From a virus (taxonomy: Duplodnaviria > Caudoviricetes), in the IMG/VR virus record IMGVR_UViG_3300031687_000009, positions 1 to 63,924 of that record: 63,924 nucleotides of DNA, one strand, 5' to 3'. Both the position numbers and the translations under genes were made by a program. The notes under the pieces are model-generated. The model made no database searches. It worked only from the letters and a program-made list of their open reading frames with translations, and was not told where the DNA came from. This document shows, in pieces, positions 1 to 8,451 of the stretch (positions within the stretch are counted from its first letter, which is position 1; every line of letters begins with the position of its first letter).

Positions 1-2
1 TT

Positions 3-428
3 ACGATAGACGAAAACTTAACGCTAGGTGATTTTCCTATCATGCACAGTACTGCATCGATAGTAGATACAGAATCTGGTGATCAAATTACAGCATCGTC
101 TGTAGTAGGTATTGATCTTAATCAGAAAGGCATGCAAATGCCTCAGAAGTTTGGTAGCGCATCATCTTATGGCAAGAAATATGCGTTAGGTAATCTATTA
201 CTAATTGACGATACAGCTGACTCAGATGCAACCAATACGCACGATAAGTCTGCATCTAGACAAACGCTTAAAGCTTTGGCAGGAACTGTTGATGCTATTA
301 AGAAACCAGTTGTTGATGCAAGCAATATCGATCAAGCTAAAAAGTTCTTAGCTAATGGAGGTTTGATGAAGACTCTATTAGAGAAGTATACTATAACAGA
401 TGAAACACTAAAAATACTGAATGGATAA
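3..428 (+). CDS. ERF-family ssDNA annealing protein (5'-truncated by the window edge)
   Basis: Motif QKFGSASSYGKKYALGNLLLIDDTADSD matches the ERF GSa.tYarrYaL...DdD signature. The frame is open from base 3, upstream of the ATG at 42. Confidence 0.8.
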   Translation, partial: TIDENLTLGDFPIMHSTASIVDTESGDQITASSVVGIDLNQKGMQMPQKFGSASSYGKKYALGNLLLIDDTADSDATNTHDKSASRQTLKALAGTVDAIKKPVVDASNIDQAKKFLANGGLMKTLLEKYTITDETLKILNG

Positions 429-1152
429 TAAAGAAGCAATTGAGAAATTAAGAGACGACGAAAACTATTACGGCGACTTTGGTAAACAGTATCTTAGTAA
501 CAGTGATATATCTTCGTTGTTGAATAATCCGCTCGATTTCAAAAAGCCATCACCTCCAAACCCTGCGTTTATTGTTGGTGGTTATTTCCACACTACTATA
601 CTAGAGCCTGAAAAGCTTGATAAGTATAAGATAATTAAATCATCAACTAGAAATACTAAAGCTTATAAAGAGATATCTGGAGGCGATATATGTCTGCTAG
701 AACACGAGGCTGATAATATTGAGTTGATGCGTGAAAAAGTATTAGAAAACGAGTTGTTTTATGATATGATAAGAGAAGGTAACGTTGAATATGAAGTGCC
801 TGGTATTAAGACTCTAGACGGTCTTGATTGGAAAGGTAAAGCTGATATTGTTAATCATAGCCATCAACTTGTTATTGATCTTAAAACAACTAACAACATA
901 AATTCATTTGCTAGTTCAGCTTATAAGTATAATTATGACAGTCAAGCTTATATATATTCTAAGATGTTTGGATATGAGTTAATATTCATAGTTGTAGATA
1001 AGAAGACTAGACAGCTAGGATTGTTTGATTGTAGTGATCAGTTCTTACAATCAGGACAGAACAAAGTTGCTAAAGCAGTACAAGCTTATAATGAATTTTT
1101 TGTAAATGGCGAAGGAGATTTTAGCCAATATTATATCTCTAAAACACTTTAA
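421..1152 (+). CDS. PD-(D/E)XK exonuclease, RecE/exonuclease VIII (DUF3799)-like
   Basis: LSNSDI, G...H..ILEP, KGKAD, IDLKTT and Y.Y..QAY.Y motifs; adjacent to ERF. Confidence 0.8.
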   Translation: MDNKEAIEKLRDDENYYGDFGKQYLSNSDISSLLNNPLDFKKPSPPNPAFIVGGYFHTTILEPEKLDKYKIIKSSTRNTKAYKEISGGDICLLEHEADNIELMREKVLENELFYDMIREGNVEYEVPGIKTLDGLDWKGKADIVNHSHQLVIDLKTTNNINSFASSAYKYNYDSQAYIYSKMFGYELIFIVVDKKTRQLGLFDCSDQFLQSGQNKVAKAVQAYNEFFVNGEGDFSQYYISKTL

Positions 1153-1162
1153 TTTAAAACAA

Positions 1163-1483
1163 ATGGCAAGTTTAATATCAGCAAATATAGATTTAACTAA
1201 GATTGACAAGTCTAAAATATACGAAGGTAAGAAAGGTAAGTACTATCCTATTACTATAGTTATAAACGATGAGCTTGGACAGTACGGAGACTCAGGCTAT
1301 ATACAAACAGAACAAACTAAAGATGAAAGAGATGCTAAAGCACCTAAGTCGTTTTTAGGCAACTGTAAGGTAGTATGGACTAATGGGACTAATGTTAATA
1401 CAGCTCCTAAAGAAGGACAACCTCAACAGTCTAATGTTGAAACGCTACAAAGTATAGCAGCGGATCCTGATCTACCATTTTAA
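1163..1483 (+). CDS. Putative single-stranded DNA-binding protein
   Basis: Beta-rich IDLTKIDK..GKKGKY core and an acidic DPDLPF C-terminal tail typical of SSBs. The ATG at 1163 follows an A-rich leader and is preferred to 1106. Confidence 0.6.
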   Translation: MASLISANIDLTKIDKSKIYEGKKGKYYPITIVINDELGQYGDSGYIQTEQTKDERDAKAPKSFLGNCKVVWTNGTNVNTAPKEGQPQQSNVETLQSIAADPDLPF

Positions 1484-1551
1484 TGGATGATGAAGATTAC
1501 ATTAGTAGAGTTACCGACGATAACGGTAATATAACTTTAATAGAAGATTAA
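1483..1551 (+). CDS. Acidic 22-aa micro-ORF (MDDEDYISRVTDDNGNITLIED)
   Basis: Read by hand. TAATG overlap with the upstream stop; ends just before the primase ATG. Confidence 0.35.
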   Translation: MDDEDYISRVTDDNGNITLIED

Positions 1552-1552
1552 T

Positions 1553-3262
1553 ATGACAGTTAACAATACAGAGATCAACGGATTTACTATTGACCAGTTC
1601 AATCAGTATGATCTAGCGGTAGGTAAAAAAGAGGGCGTATGTCCTCTTTGCTCTGCTGATAGAAAACCTGAGAATCGTAAAGCAAAGTGTGCTATGTACG
1701 ATTGGGAACGTGGTCTTGGTACTTGTATGAATTGTGATGAAGTTTTTCAGTTGCATACGTTTAAGCGTAAAGGTGAAGCAAATAAAGTATATGTTAAACC
1801 TGAATGGAAGAACAACGTTATGCTAAGTGATAATGCTGTTAAGTGGTTTGAAGCTCGTGGAATATCACAGCGTACACTTATCAAGATGAAAATATCTGAG
1901 GCTCTAGAGTGGATGCCTCAGACATCACAGCAGGAAAATACAATACAATTTAATTATTTTATTAATAATGAACTTATAAATGTAAAGTATAGAGATGGTA
2001 GAAAGAATTTTAAATTGGTTAAAGATGCCGAAAAGGTATTCTATAATCTTGATAGTACTGTCGGCCATGACTATGTTGTTATTGTGGAAGGTGAGATTGA
2101 TGTTTTATCTTTTGTGGATGCTAAAGTCGACAGTGTTGTCAGTGTTCCAAACGGAGCTACTCTTAATCGTCTTAATCTTGATTACCTCGATAACTGCATT
2201 GAATATTTCGAAGACAAGAAAAAGATTATCATTGCAGTCGATGGAGATGAAGCCGGACAGAACTTACAACAAGAACTCATCAGACGTTTTGGAGCTGAAG
2301 TATGCTACACGGTTAGCTTCGGAGACTTCAAGGATGCTAATGAATATCTCGTCGCTCACGGCAATAGTATGCTCAAGCGCCTTATTGATACAGCTAGTCC
2401 TGTTCCTCTTGAAAACGTAGTAACCTTAAAAGATGTAAATGATGAACTACAAGAATTTATTCACGAAGGCTTTAAGCCTGGTTATCAAATCGGTCTTGAT
2501 AACTTTGATAGCATATTCTCTACTTACACGGGACAATTCATCACAGTTACAGGCGTTCCTAGCAGTGGGAAGTCTGATTTTGTTGATCGAATGGTCGTGG
2601 GATACCAAATGAAGTACGGCTGGAAAACAGCATTTGCTTCACCAGAGAACAAACCTACATTCTTACATACTCATAAGTTGATACGTAAGATAGGAGGTTG
2701 GATGCCTACTAAAGAAGATATAGGTACAGAGAAATGGGATAAAGTAACAGAAATAGTAGATAGTAACTTTTATTTTATAGAAAACGAAAGATATGATCTA
2801 GATTCTGTACTAGCTAAAGGTGCTGAGCTTGTTAAGCGTAAGGGTATTAAATGTTTAGTTATAGATCCATATAATAAAGTTAAAATGAATGGGTCTAGCG
2901 CAATGAGCATACCTGATGCAACGATGGAATACTTAACACGTATAGAAGCTTTTGCAAAGAAGTATGATGTGTTAGTTATTGTAGTAGCTCACCCAACTAA
3001 AATGTATAAGAAAGATGACGGAACAATGGATGAACCAACAATGTATTCTATTAAAGGCGGTGGTGAGTGGTATGATGCTAGCTATCATGGCCTTCTTGTT
3101 CATAGGAATTATAGTAATAAAACAGTTAAGGTTAAAGTTCTTAAAGTTAAGTTTCAGAATCTTGGCGAAAACCAAGCTGAAGCACACTTTAATTGGAACA
3201 AAGATTCGGGCGACTATATACCGCATGAACAAGAATTGAACTCAATGCCTTGGGAAGGATAG
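1553..3262 (+). CDS. DNA primase-helicase, T7 gp4/Twinkle-like
   Basis: N-terminal CPLC..CMNC Zn ribbon, TOPRIM motifs (IVEGEID, AVDGDEAG, KDANEYL), SF4 Walker A GVPSSGKS, LVIDPY and VAHPTK. Confidence 0.93.
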   Translation: MTVNNTEINGFTIDQFNQYDLAVGKKEGVCPLCSADRKPENRKAKCAMYDWERGLGTCMNCDEVFQLHTFKRKGEANKVYVKPEWKNNVMLSDNAVKWFEARGISQRTLIKMKISEALEWMPQTSQQENTIQFNYFINNELINVKYRDGRKNFKLVKDAEKVFYNLDSTVGHDYVVIVEGEIDVLSFVDAKVDSVVSVPNGATLNRLNLDYLDNCIEYFEDKKKIIIAVDGDEAGQNLQQELIRRFGAEVCYTVSFGDFKDANEYLVAHGNSMLKRLIDTASPVPLENVVTLKDVNDELQEFIHEGFKPGYQIGLDNFDSIFSTYTGQFITVTGVPSSGKSDFVDRMVVGYQMKYGWKTAFASPENKPTFLHTHKLIRKIGGWMPTKEDIGTEKWDKVTEIVDSNFYFIENERYDLDSVLAKGAELVKRKGIKCLVIDPYNKVKMNGSSAMSIPDATMEYLTRIEAFAKKYDVLVIVVAHPTKMYKKDDGTMDEPTMYSIKGGGEWYDASYHGLLVHRNYSNKTVKVKVLKVKFQNLGENQAEAHFNWNKDSGDYIPHEQELNSMPWEG

Positions 3263-3562
3263 ATGAGTGTAGGAACATTAAAAGCAAGAGAGCTTGCTAA
3301 ACGTAGAAAGTCAGGATTTCTTCTAGATGTAGAATGGGTGGCTGATACCGATCAGCAAGTTTGGTACGAGTGGGGAGTTAATAAAGGTATAATTATATCT
3401 CCAATACCTGTAACTAATAAACCTGGTAAATGGTTTGTTGGTATATCAGAGCCTGGTAAACATAAGAAAGTTTACAAATCTAAATTCCAATATGATTGGA
3501 AACAGATATGGGATGAGGTCATGAACGCTTATAAATATTATTATGATAAAGAGAAAATTTAA
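3263..3562 (+). CDS. Hypothetical protein
   Basis: 99-aa ORF abutting the helicase stop, within the operon. Confidence 0.65.
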   Translation: MSVGTLKARELAKRRKSGFLLDVEWVADTDQQVWYEWGVNKGIIISPIPVTNKPGKWFVGISEPGKHKKVYKSKFQYDWKQIWDEVMNAYKYYYDKEKI

Positions 3563-3845
3563 TTATTTAAGCATAAAAAGCTTTTTACTTTCAATAGTTA
3601 TTGTTATATTTACAGGCTTTGCATTGAGTGCTTATTCTCAAGCAGATCAAGTAATAGGTTTAAAACCAACAATTATAATAGCATGCTCTTTATTATCTAT
3701 TCTAATTAATTTAGAAGAAATAATAGAGCATACCAAGTATAGTTCTTTATATTATACTATATGTAAAACAATTGCTTTAATTTGGTATGTTTGTTTTGTT
3801 ATGATTGTATATAAATATTTTTTATTAGAATCTTATGAAGTATAA
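3543..3845 (+). CDS. Small membrane protein (about 3 TM segments)
   Basis: Three hydrophobic stretches; overlaps both neighbouring genes. Confidence 0.55.
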   Translation: MIKRKFNYLSIKSFLLSIVIVIFTGFALSAYSQADQVIGLKPTIIIACSLLSILINLEEIIEHTKYSSLYYTICKTIALIWYVCFVMIVYKYFLLESYEV

Positions 3846-4476
3846 TTTTAAAAATGCAAATCAAGCTTTTAATTATTTTTACAAAAGAATACCTAAAGAA
3901 GGTATTGATTTTGATAATACAAAAGCTCTTTTTGATGTTGGCTTTACTATTAAAGATCCACTAGATAATATCATTACAAATAAAGATCGAAACTTTAGCA
4001 TAAAATATGCTGAAGCTGAATGGAACTGGTATTTGTCTGGAGATAATAGTATTGATAAGCTTGGCCAGCTTTATGGTAAAATACCCTTGATATGGGAAAG
4101 AATGTCTATTGATCGTCATGTTAATTCTAATTATGGTTATCAATGGGAGCGCAACTACCAATTAGATTATGTAGTTGCTAAACTAAAAGACAATAGAAAC
4201 ACTAGGCATGCAGCAATAAGCATTTATGATGGTAAGGAACATAAGTTATATAGAAAAGATACTCCGTGTACTTATGCAGTTCAGTTTACTATACTTAATA
4301 ATAAGCTTAATATGTCTGTTCTGATGCGTTCTAATGACCTCTGGTTTGGCTTTTGTATTGATCAGTATTGTTTTTCATATCTACAAAAAATGGTTGCAGA
4401 TAGGCTGTCTATTGATGTTGGCACTTATTATCACTATGCACATAACTTACATCTTTATAACGATAAATTAAAATAA
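3835..4476 (+). CDS. Thymidylate-synthase-superfamily enzyme, T4 gp42 dCMP hydroxymethylase-like
   Basis: EWNWYLS, PLIW, VNSNYG, catalytic PC, and MRSNDLWFGFCIDQ with Asp at the TS Asn specificity position; C-terminal HNLHLY. Confidence 0.8.
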   Translation: MKYNFKNANQAFNYFYKRIPKEGIDFDNTKALFDVGFTIKDPLDNIITNKDRNFSIKYAEAEWNWYLSGDNSIDKLGQLYGKIPLIWERMSIDRHVNSNYGYQWERNYQLDYVVAKLKDNRNTRHAAISIYDGKEHKLYRKDTPCTYAVQFTILNNKLNMSVLMRSNDLWFGFCIDQYCFSYLQKMVADRLSIDVGTYYHYAHNLHLYNDKLK

Positions 4477-4477
4477 T

Positions 4478-4747
4478 ATGCAAATAGAAACTAAAGACGA
4501 AATAGTTCAAACAGTTCTTAAAAAGATGGATCAGCGTAGTTTGATTGGTCAAAAGAAATACGGTGCAACCATGATGGAAGAAATTGTGGGTGAAAAGAAA
4601 GATCTTAATAGATTTATAATAGATGTTCAAGAAGAAATGATGGACGCTATACTATATCTTGAAGCGGCCAAACGTTGTTTGTCTGATGAGATTGAAGATG
4701 CTATGGTTGAAAGATCTAATAGCGGAGGATTAAATTATAACTTTTAA
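4478..4747 (+). CDS. Putative all-alpha nucleotide pyrophosphohydrolase
   Basis: G.KKYG plus QEEMMDAILYLE (EExxD metal-binding pattern) in a helical protein next to the TS homologue. Confidence 0.5.
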   Translation: MQIETKDEIVQTVLKKMDQRSLIGQKKYGATMMEEIVGEKKDLNRFIIDVQEEMMDAILYLEAAKRCLSDEIEDAMVERSNSGGLNYNF

Positions 4748-4757
4748 ATCAAACAAA

Positions 4758-5090
4758 ATGAAAAAATTAATATTATTAGTATTATTACCATTAATGTCTT
4801 ACGCTCAAGGCTTTGAAAATATATATTATAGTCCAAGCATTACTATAAGTATTATGGATGATTCTTATGCTGAACCAATTCAAGATGCTAAAATATTAGC
4901 ATCAAAAAACAATCTTTATCCTTTGTTTGGAAAAGGAAAAGTTATGTCATCTTTTGAATCTAATTCTGATATAGATGCTTTGTATGATTATCAATGGAAA
5001 AGTGATTACATTACTAGACCAGGAGAACAAAAACAAGATGCTTTAGTTAAAGGCGATAACGGTAAATACTATATTATAAGATGGCAATAG
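4758..5090 (+). CDS. Hypothetical exported protein
   Basis: N-terminus MKKLILLVLLPLMSYAQ resembles a Sec signal peptide. Confidence 0.55.
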   Translation: MKKLILLVLLPLMSYAQGFENIYYSPSITISIMDDSYAEPIQDAKILASKNNLYPLFGKGKVMSSFESNSDIDALYDYQWKSDYITRPGEQKQDALVKGDNGKYYIIRWQ

Positions 5091-5962
5091 AAATAAGTCA
5101 AGGTAAGTATAAAGTCTATCATATACCAGGTCAAAAGGTTGGTTGTACAACTGATATACAAAAAAGAGTTACAGAACAACAAGGGTTCAAACCTGGTGAG
5201 TATGATATACTATTTGAAACAGATGATATAAGACTAGCATCTGAAGCTGAAAGAACTTTACAAAAAGATTTTGGTTATAAAGTAGATATTAAACCTTATC
5301 ATAAATTATTTAAAAAACAAATGAAACAAGATATAAACGTTACTAATCAAACTACAACATTTGCTGTATCTGTTCAAGATATTGACGCTAACTATTTAGA
5401 AAGTTTGGAATGGACCACTCAGTATGGTGATGTTGTTATTGATTCAACAGATAAAATTGAATGGATATTAAGTAATATCAAAGAATCAATGTTTAATAAA
5501 TCAAGAAGTTATGTTTACAATAAAGCATTATATGAAGCGGGTCCGTTTGAAAAGCAGACGAATATGGCTTTCACTAAAAATGACAGCACTTCATTTAATA
5601 TATTTAATCTTATACGCTCTTGGGCTGAGGTAAGAGGTATATTTGATAAAGGCAATTCACATACTCAGTATGTTAAGCTGATGGAGGAAGCTGGCGAATT
5701 AGCTCAAGCATTGCTTAAGAAAGATACTCCTGAGATTAAAGATGCTATAGGCGATATGGTTGTTGTTTTAACTAATCTAGCGCATCTTGAGAATTTTACT
5801 ATAGAAGAATGTATTGATTCAGCTTATATTGAAATAACAAACCGTAAAGGTAAAATGATTAATGGAACTTTTGTTAAAGATATAGAAGTTAAAGATCCTG
5901 AAACAATATCTGCTTATCCAGATCCAGGACCACCACCTAGGTTTACATCTAATAGAACTTAA
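5081..5962 (+). CDS. GIY-YIG-like N-terminal domain fused to a C-terminal MazG-like NTP pyrophosphohydrolase
   Basis: The C-terminal W...RG..Q..KLMEEAGELA...DAIGD..V...AY.EI..RKGKM.NG.FVK is MazG-like. The N-terminal YKVYHIPG.KVGCT...R...E resembles GIY-YIG. Confidence 0.75.
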   Translation: MAIEISQGKYKVYHIPGQKVGCTTDIQKRVTEQQGFKPGEYDILFETDDIRLASEAERTLQKDFGYKVDIKPYHKLFKKQMKQDINVTNQTTTFAVSVQDIDANYLESLEWTTQYGDVVIDSTDKIEWILSNIKESMFNKSRSYVYNKALYEAGPFEKQTNMAFTKNDSTSFNIFNLIRSWAEVRGIFDKGNSHTQYVKLMEEAGELAQALLKKDTPEIKDAIGDMVVVLTNLAHLENFTIEECIDSAYIEITNRKGKMINGTFVKDIEVKDPETISAYPDPGPPPRFTSNRT

Positions 5963-6414
5963 TGAAAAGAAAATCAGGAAAAAGAGGACCAGTTGCAGCA
6001 AAGAAGGTATCATATGATGGTATCAACTTTGCTTCAGGGTTAGAAAGATATACCTATATGGCTCTTAAAAAGAACAAATTATTTGAAGGTTATGAAAATG
6101 AAGTTTTCCAGTTGGTCGAAGGTTTTGATTTTAACAATGAATCTTTTGAAAAACAAGCAAACGGGAAAGGTGATTACACTAACCGAGGGCAAAAGAAAAT
6201 CTTGGGAATTAAATATACACCTGATTTTATTGGAAAAGACTACATAATAGAATGCAAGGGAAGAGCTAATGAGTCCTTTCCTTTAAGATGGAAATTATTT
6301 AAATTATGGCTTACGAAAAACAAGATTGGAAAGACACTTTACAAACCGCAAAACCAGAAAGAAGTAGAACGGACGATGATACTGATCAAAGAAAAAAGAA
6401 GGAAGCGAGGATGA
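5962..6414 (+). CDS. T7 endonuclease I-like PD-(D/E)XK nuclease (Holliday junction resolvase-like)
   Basis: FASGLE, YTPDF and IIECKG motifs. Confidence 0.75.
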   Translation: MKRKSGKRGPVAAKKVSYDGINFASGLERYTYMALKKNKLFEGYENEVFQLVEGFDFNNESFEKQANGKGDYTNRGQKKILGIKYTPDFIGKDYIIECKGRANESFPLRWKLFKLWLTKNKIGKTLYKPQNQKEVERTMILIKEKRRKRG

Positions 6415-6533
6415 TGTATTCGCGTAGAGTGTTACAAAAAGATATTAATAACTATATAAAATTAGCAAATGGAGCAATTAGATACTCAGACATCGAATCT
6501 ATTGGAAGAAAACATGGATTTTACACTACGTGA
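6411..6533 (+). CDS. 40-aa hypothetical protein
   Basis: ATGA overlap with the nuclease stop; this start is preferred to the 6306 start in the ORF track. Confidence 0.45.
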   Translation: MMYSRRVLQKDINNYIKLANGAIRYSDIESIGRKHGFYTT

Positions 6534-6618
6534 TCACCATGAAGAGCGTGTTAAACATCATATGAAAATGTTAAACTATTATTTAAAAGAACAAAAAAAT
6601 GACAGGATGGGAGATTAG
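6514..6618 (+). CDS. 34-aa hypothetical protein (MDFTLRDHHEERVKHHMKMLNYYLKEQKNDRMGD)
   Basis: Read by hand; part of an overlapping micro-ORF chain. Confidence 0.4.
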   Translation: MDFTLRDHHEERVKHHMKMLNYYLKEQKNDRMGD

Positions 6619-6736
6619 TGCTGGATTATACCCGGGAGTTCTTGTTGGTATGAGAAGCTACCCAGAAGACAATTTTGTAGAACACGTTTTCTACATACCT
6701 TTTATTGAATTATGTATAACAATTTATTATGGATGA
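6599..6736 (+). CDS. 45-aa hypothetical protein (MTGWEISAGLYPGVLVGMRSY...)
   Basis: Read by hand; A-rich leader; overlaps both neighbours. Confidence 0.55.
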   Translation: MTGWEISAGLYPGVLVGMRSYPEDNFVEHVFYIPFIELCITIYYG

Positions 6737-6878
6737 AATTAAAAAGTACGTGTTAAAGAATTATCCTACACGCTTTAAAAAAGATGATAATATTAAAGTA
6801 GAAGAAAGAGAAAAGCATTTTGTTGTATATGCTAAAGATAAGTCTCCAGTATTTCTCAGTAAAAAAGATTTTAAATGA
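6729..6878 (+). CDS. 49-aa hypothetical protein (MDEIKKYVLKNYPTRF...)
   Basis: Read by hand; ATGA overlap with the 6875 ORF. Confidence 0.5.
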   Translation: MDEIKKYVLKNYPTRFKKDDNIKVEEREKHFVVYAKDKSPVFLSKKDFK

Positions 6879-7093
6879 AAGAAAATAAACTAATAGAAAT
6901 GTCTAACAAAATAGACACAATGGGAAGTGTTTTAAATAGGATAGTTCAAGAACTAAATACTATGAAAGACATATCAGTTGGTACAACTGAATTACTTAAG
7001 TTAATGCCTGGTTATAAAAAAGCCTTAAAAGAATTAACTAAAGTGTTTGAGGAAAAAAGAAAAGAACAAGAAGATAAAAAACTAGAAGTATAA
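6875..7093 (+). CDS. Small helical hypothetical protein
   Basis: 72-aa ORF abutting nrdB. Confidence 0.6.
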   Translation: MKENKLIEMSNKIDTMGSVLNRIVQELNTMKDISVGTTELLKLMPGYKKALKELTKVFEEKRKEQEDKKLEV

Positions 7094-8062
7094 ATGGGAT
7101 TATTTGATGAGAGAATTGCGTACAAACCGTTTGAATATCCAGAGTACTATACTGAGGGATGGCTTAAACAAGCTCAAGCGTTCTGGTTACATACAGAGAT
7201 ACCTATGTCAGGTGATGTTAAAGACTGGAACGAAAAGCTTACAGACTCAGAAAAAAACTTGGTTGGAAATATTCTTTTAGGCTTTGCGCAGACAGAGTGT
7301 GCAGTATCTGATTACTGGACACAGAAAGTAGTAGGTTGGTTTCCTAAGCATGAGATAAAACAAATGGCTATGATGTTTGGTTCGCAAGAAACAATACATG
7401 CTGTTGCTTATTCTTATTTAAATGAAACATTAGGTTTAGAAGATTTTGAAGCTTTCTTACAAGATGAAGCTACAATGCAACGTTTTGATACTTTAGTAGG
7501 ATATGAAGGAACTGATAGAGTTAATATCGCAAAATCGTTGGCTGTTTTTAGTGCTTTTGCTGAAGGAGTTAGTTTATATTCTGCTTTTGCTGTGCTATAT
7601 AGCTTCCAAATGAGAAACCTTTTGAAAGGTGTAGGTCAACAAATGAAATGGAGTGTAAGAGATGAATCTCTTCACAGTAAAATGGGATGCCAATTGTTTC
7701 GGCAAATGTGTGCGGAAGATCCTAAGCTCCTAGAAGAAGTAAGAGATGATGTTGTGAATGCCGCGCAAATGATGTTAAATGCAGAAGAAAAGTATATTGA
7801 TAAAATGTTCGAACAAGGAGACATTGAAAACCTTAAATCCTATGACCTTAAACAATTCATTAGAAAACGACTCAATGAAAAACTACAAGAACTTGGTTAC
7901 TTCGACCTCGGGCAATACTTTGAATTTCACGAAGCCGCAGCAGACAACCTCGACTGGTTTTACCACCTTACAGGTGGTCATACCCATACTGACTTTTTTG
8001 CTATTAGGTCTACAGATTATTCCAAAGCTAATGAAGGTGAGGATTTTGAAGATATATGGTAG
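7094..8062 (+). CDS. nrdB: Ribonucleotide reductase class I beta subunit
   Basis: FW...E....D..DW, ETIH...Y (radical Tyr), EGV.LYS.F, RDESLH and DFF...R...Y tail. Confidence 0.93.
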   Translation: MGLFDERIAYKPFEYPEYYTEGWLKQAQAFWLHTEIPMSGDVKDWNEKLTDSEKNLVGNILLGFAQTECAVSDYWTQKVVGWFPKHEIKQMAMMFGSQETIHAVAYSYLNETLGLEDFEAFLQDEATMQRFDTLVGYEGTDRVNIAKSLAVFSAFAEGVSLYSAFAVLYSFQMRNLLKGVGQQMKWSVRDESLHSKMGCQLFRQMCAEDPKLLEEVRDDVVNAAQMMLNAEEKYIDKMFEQGDIENLKSYDLKQFIRKRLNEKLQELGYFDLGQYFEFHEAAADNLDWFYHLTGGHTHTDFFAIRSTDYSKANEGEDFEDIW

Positions 8063-8329
8063 ATGGTTAAGAAAATTAATAAAATCTTTACGTCTTTAGT
8101 AAAAGATAGAAGAATAACAGCTAGAGAGCGTATAGCTCAAAGGCTAGGTTATATGGGAACAGGCTTTATAATGCTAGGTCCTTATATATTGAGTGCAGGT
8201 GATATAGGACCTATAGTTTATATAATTGGTGGTTTTATATCACTGCCTCAAGTTTGGTTAGCTAAGCAATGGAATTTAGTTGCTGTTAATTTAAACGTTA
8301 TGATTGGCTATACTGTATACCTATTATAA
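8063..8329 (+). CDS. Small membrane protein (about 3 TM, possibly PnuC/SemiSWEET-like)
   Basis: Hydrophobic 88-aa ORF between the RNR subunit genes. Confidence 0.55.
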   Translation: MVKKINKIFTSLVKDRRITARERIAQRLGYMGTGFIMLGPYILSAGDIGPIVYIIGGFISLPQVWLAKQWNLVAVNLNVMIGYTVYLL

Positions 8330-8451
8330 TGGATAGACACATTATTAAATGTAGCCAATGTGATGAAACTTTTCCTGGTGGATTTGAATATAGAATACAC
8401 TGGGAAAAACATTTAGATGAATTTTTAAAAATTAAAAATGGATTGGAATAA
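8329..8451 (+). CDS. 40-aa C2H2 zinc-finger micro-protein
   Basis: Read by hand: MDRHIIKCSQCDETFPGGFEYRIHWEKHLDEFLKIKNGLE, i.e. C-x2-C-x3-F-x5-Y-x2-H-x3-H. TAATG overlap upstream; overlaps the nrdA start. Confidence 0.6.
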   Translation: MDRHIIKCSQCDETFPGGFEYRIHWEKHLDEFLKIKNGLE

